A DNA stretch of 64,000 nucleotides from an uncultured Acidobacteriota bacterium. GTDB lineage: Bacteria > Acidobacteriota > Thermoanaerobaculia > Gp7-AA8. The DNA lies in contig CAWGHO010000002.1 in assembly GCA_963822445.1 (NCBI GenBank), positions 1,056,001 to 1,120,000 of the forward strand, written 5' to 3'. The notes below the pieces were generated by a model, which was given only the letters and a program-made list of their open reading frames with translations, had not been told where the DNA came from and ran no database searches. Shown in pieces: positions 61,550-64,000 of the stretch. The position numbers and the translations under genes are program-made. Position 1 is the first letter of the stretch, and each line of letters starts with the position of its first letter.

Positions 61550-61873
61550 TTAATCGAGGAACGTCACAAGAGCACCGCCGGCGCCAAACGTCAACAGGCC
61601 GGTGATGAATGCGATGAAAGCCCAGGTGCGCGCGGTCTGCGCCGAGCTCTGCGCGCCGGCCACGTCGCCCGCGGCCAGTTTCGAGTTCACCTGCGCCGCA
61701 AAGATCAGCGAAACGATCCCCAGCGGCAGGCAGCAGCAGAGCGTCGTGAAGATCGCGAAGCCGAGGTGGTTCTGAATGGGCGGCGGTGCCGGAAAGTACG
61801 GAATTGCCCGTCCGCATGACGGACAAACGGTCGCTCCGGCCGCGTGCGCCGTGCCGCAGCTCGTGCAGTACAT
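61550..61873 (-). CDS. CD225/dispanin family protein with N-terminal Zn ribbon
   Basis: CTSCG...CPSCG; NHLGFAIFTTLCCCLPLGIVSLIFAAQVNSKLAAGD. Confidence 0.88.
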   Translation of the reverse strand: MYCTSCGTAHAAGATVCPSCGRAIPYFPAPPPIQNHLGFAIFTTLCCCLPLGIVSLIFAAQVNSKLAAGDVAGAQSSAQTARTWAFIAFITGLLTFGAGGALVTFLD

Positions 61874-62431
61874 CTACGGCCGAGCTCCTTCCGGATACTG
61901 CACGAACGAGCCGTTGGCGAAAACGATGTCGCGATCGAAGGAAACCGTGCCGTCATTCGAGTACTCGTCGAGCGACTCGTACTCGAACTCCTTGTCCTTC
62001 CCGGCGCTGACGATGCCGTAGCCCGCGCACGGCCTTTCCGCGTCCGGAATGCACTCGTACCGCATCGGATAGCCCCAGCCGTCATTCGTCGTGGGCAAGT
62101 CGAGCACGGCCAGACTCTCCGGATACGACCCTTTCGAAACGCGGTGCCGCTCGATCTCGTGCGAGATGGTGCGCATGTCGGCCATGGTGCGCTTCTGCTT
62201 CGCGCGCTGCATCGCTGTCACGAGATTGGGAATGGCAATCGCGGCGACGATGCCCATGGCCGGGATGGCGAGAAACGCCAGGATCATGGCCACGACAGCG
62301 ATGATCGCCGCGTTCGTGCCGCCGGTGCCGAGCTGCGGTTTCGGCGCCCCGTTCGCTGGATTGCCGCACGACGCGCAAGGTCTGTACGAGACCTCAGCGA
62401 CCTGATTACCGCAGTGCGCGCAGAACGCCAC
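61874..62431 (-). CDS. Zn-ribbon - TM - GspG/pilin-like domain protein
   Basis: CAHCG...CASCG; GIVAAIAIPNL..A.QRAKQKRT.ADM; DGWGYP; SAGKD. Confidence 0.7.
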   Translation of the reverse strand: MAFCAHCGNQVAEVSYRPCASCGNPANGAPKPQLGTGGTNAAIIAVVAMILAFLAIPAMGIVAAIAIPNLVTAMQRAKQKRTMADMRTISHEIERHRVSKGSYPESLAVLDLPTTNDGWGYPMRYECIPDAERPCAGYGIVSAGKDKEFEYESLDEYSNDGTVSFDRDIVFANGSFVQYPEGARP

Positions 62432-62458
62432 GAACGGAGATTGTAGCTGGGTGACAGC

Positions 62459-63004
62459 TCACCACATCATGCCGAGCTGCAGCCGCGCCGCCTCGGACAT
62501 CATGCTGCGATCCCAAACGGGATCGAACACGACCTCGACATCGGCGTTCTTCACGCCGGGCAACGCTTCGATCTTCGACTTCACGTCCGTCGCCAGGACA
62601 GGTCCCATGCCGCAGCCAGGCGCGGTCAGCGTCATCTTGATCTTCACCTGTTTGCCGGCCTCGGTCTCCTCGAGCTCGCAGAGATAGACCAGGCCGAGGT
62701 CGACGATGTTCACGGGGATCTCGGGGTCGTAGCAGGTCTTGAGCGCGCCCCAGACCAGTTCTTCGAGCTTCTCCTGGGTCACCTCTTCCGGTTTCAGCTC
62801 GACGGCCTCGTTCGGCGTCTTGCCGATGGCCTCGACTTCCGGACCGGACACGCGAACCATGAGTCCGCGATCGGTGATCAGGGTGTAGGCGCCGCCGAGG
62901 GACTGCGTGATCGTGGCCTGGGCTCCCTTCGGAACCAGGACCTTCTCCCCGCTGGGGATCATGATCGCTTCGGCGTTGCGCTCGAACGTCACTTCTTCTC
63001 TCAT
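62459..63004 (-). CDS. sufT: Fe-S cluster assembly protein SufT (DUF59)
   Basis: ITQSLGG; CYDPEIPVNIVDLGLVY; MTLTAPGCGMG; FDPVW..MMSEAARLQLG. Confidence 0.9.
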   Translation of the reverse strand: MREEVTFERNAEAIMIPSGEKVLVPKGAQATITQSLGGAYTLITDRGLMVRVSGPEVEAIGKTPNEAVELKPEEVTQEKLEELVWGALKTCYDPEIPVNIVDLGLVYLCELEETEAGKQVKIKMTLTAPGCGMGPVLATDVKSKIEALPGVKNADVEVVFDPVWDRSMMSEAARLQLGMMW

Positions 63005-63453
63005 TCGGTGGTCACCTTTTCCTGCTTCCCCTCCAACGCAGTTCGTAGCGTATGCCACGCCAACGTTGCGCACTTCACGCGCGCGGGAAACTCACTCACC
63101 CCTGAAAACGCGGCCAGACGGCCCAGATCTGCCGCGCTGAGGCCGCTCTGATCGCCGGTGACGAGTTTGTGAAAGGTGTCGAAGAGGCGATCGGCCTCTT
63201 CCTTTGATTTCCCTTTGAGCGTCGAGCTCATCACGGACGCGGACGCTTTCGAGATCGCGCAGCCGCTACCGGTAAAGCTGACGTCGTCGATCGTTCCGCC
63301 GTCGTCGAGCTTGAGGTAGACCGTGTAGTGATCGCCACACAGCGGGTTGTAGCCCTCGACGTGCGACGTCGCGTCCGCCATCTCGTGATAGTTCCGCGGA
63401 TTCTTGTTGTGATCGAGGATGACCTGTTGGTAGAGCTCGCGTAAGTCCGACAT
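63001..63453 (-). CDS. sufU: SUF system NifU-family protein
   Basis: LYQQVILDH, NPLCGD, GCAISKASAS, FPARVKCATLAW. Confidence 0.93.
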   Translation of the reverse strand: MSDLRELYQQVILDHNKNPRNYHEMADATSHVEGYNPLCGDHYTVYLKLDDGGTIDDVSFTGSGCAISKASASVMSSTLKGKSKEEADRLFDTFHKLVTGDQSGLSAADLGRLAAFSGVSEFPARVKCATLAWHTLRTALEGKQEKVTTE

Positions 63454-64000
63454 CACCCAAAAACCTCGATCACTTTCTGCAAACCCTCCACCAGCAGATC
63501 GGCCTCTTCCTTGGTGTTGTAGAGGCCGAACGAGGCGCGTCCCGTCGCGGGAACGTTGAAACGCAGCATCAGCGGCTGTGCGCAGTGATGTCCGGTGCGG
63601 ATGGCGATTCCTTCCTGGTCGAGGATGGTGCCGATGTCGTGCGGGTGAACGCTTTCGAGCACGAACGAGATCACCGCGGCCTTTTCGCGCGCGGTTCCGA
63701 TCAGACGCAGACCGGGAATCTCGAGGAGGCGCTTCGTCGCGTATTGCTCGAGCTCGTGCTCGTACGCGGCGACGTTCTCCAGCCCGATCGAGCCGATGTA
63801 ATCGAGCGCCGCGGCCAGTCCGACCACGCCTTCGATGTTCGGCGTGCCCGCTTCGAATTTGTAGGGCAGCGCGTTGTAGGTCGTCTTCTCGTACGACACC
63901 GACAGGATCATGTCGCCGCCGCCCTGCCACGGCGGCATCGCGTCGAGCAGCGCTTCGCGTCCGTACAGCACGCCGATGCCGGTCGGGCCGTACACCTTGT
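63453..64000 (-). CDS. sufS: Cysteine desulfurase (5' part outside the window)
   Basis: KVYGPTGIG, GGGDMI, FEAGTP, HPHDIG, RTGHHCAQP, RASF. Confidence 0.93.
   Translation of the reverse strand, partial: KVYGPTGIGVLYGREALLDAMPPWQGGGDMILSVSYEKTTYNALPYKFEAGTPNIEGVVGLAAALDYIGSIGLENVAAYEHELEQYATKRLLEIPGLRLIGTAREKAAVISFVLESVHPHDIGTILDQEGIAIRTGHHCAQPLMLRFNVPATGRASFGLYNTKEEADLLVEGLQKVIEVFG

Overview
A GC-rich, gene-dense bacterial chromosomal segment. The gene content (bacillithiol genes, MglA-like GTPase, many Ser/Thr kinases, DUF4097/HEAT anti-sigma operon, FadL and MlaD outer-membrane proteins) suggests a diderm, probably Acidobacteriota (Thermoanaerobaculia-like); this is inference. Many genes, including the normally essential proS, carry small frameshifts, so the contig probably has long-read indel errors, densest at about 5-10.3 kb and 45-46.9 kb. 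Main blocks: (1) a homocysteine methyltransferase/MTHFR gene behind a SAM-II-like riboswitch with a terminator/antiterminator platform; (2) PBP1 and a histone-H1-like protein; (3) a phosphothreonine signalling cluster (PP2C, protease-TM-FHA, Zn-ribbon-FHA, two kinases, TPR protein) divergent from an FHA-GAF-adenylate cyclase; (4) housekeeping genes with tandem cyclophilins and an ECF sigma/anti-sigma operon; (5) a translationally coupled aromatic-amine meta-cleavage-like operon (LLM monooxygenase, deacetylase, atypical asparaginase II, semialdehyde dehydrogenase, AmnB, AmnA-RidA fusion), interrupted by a four-helix-bundle gene enclosed in a perfect 29-bp inverted heptamer repeat; (6) proS, a lytic transglycosylase, a methyltransferase-bshC-bshB1-bshA operon and MglA; (7) galU-TA-maf-mlaD-ddl; (8) a CD225/DUF2752 small membrane protein cluster and the end of the suf operon. 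Four gene-less inverted tandem 7/8-mer repeat elements and several REP-like palindromes are scattered through the window, two of them inside coding sequence. I recognised no rRNA, tRNA, CRISPR array, transposase or integrase.
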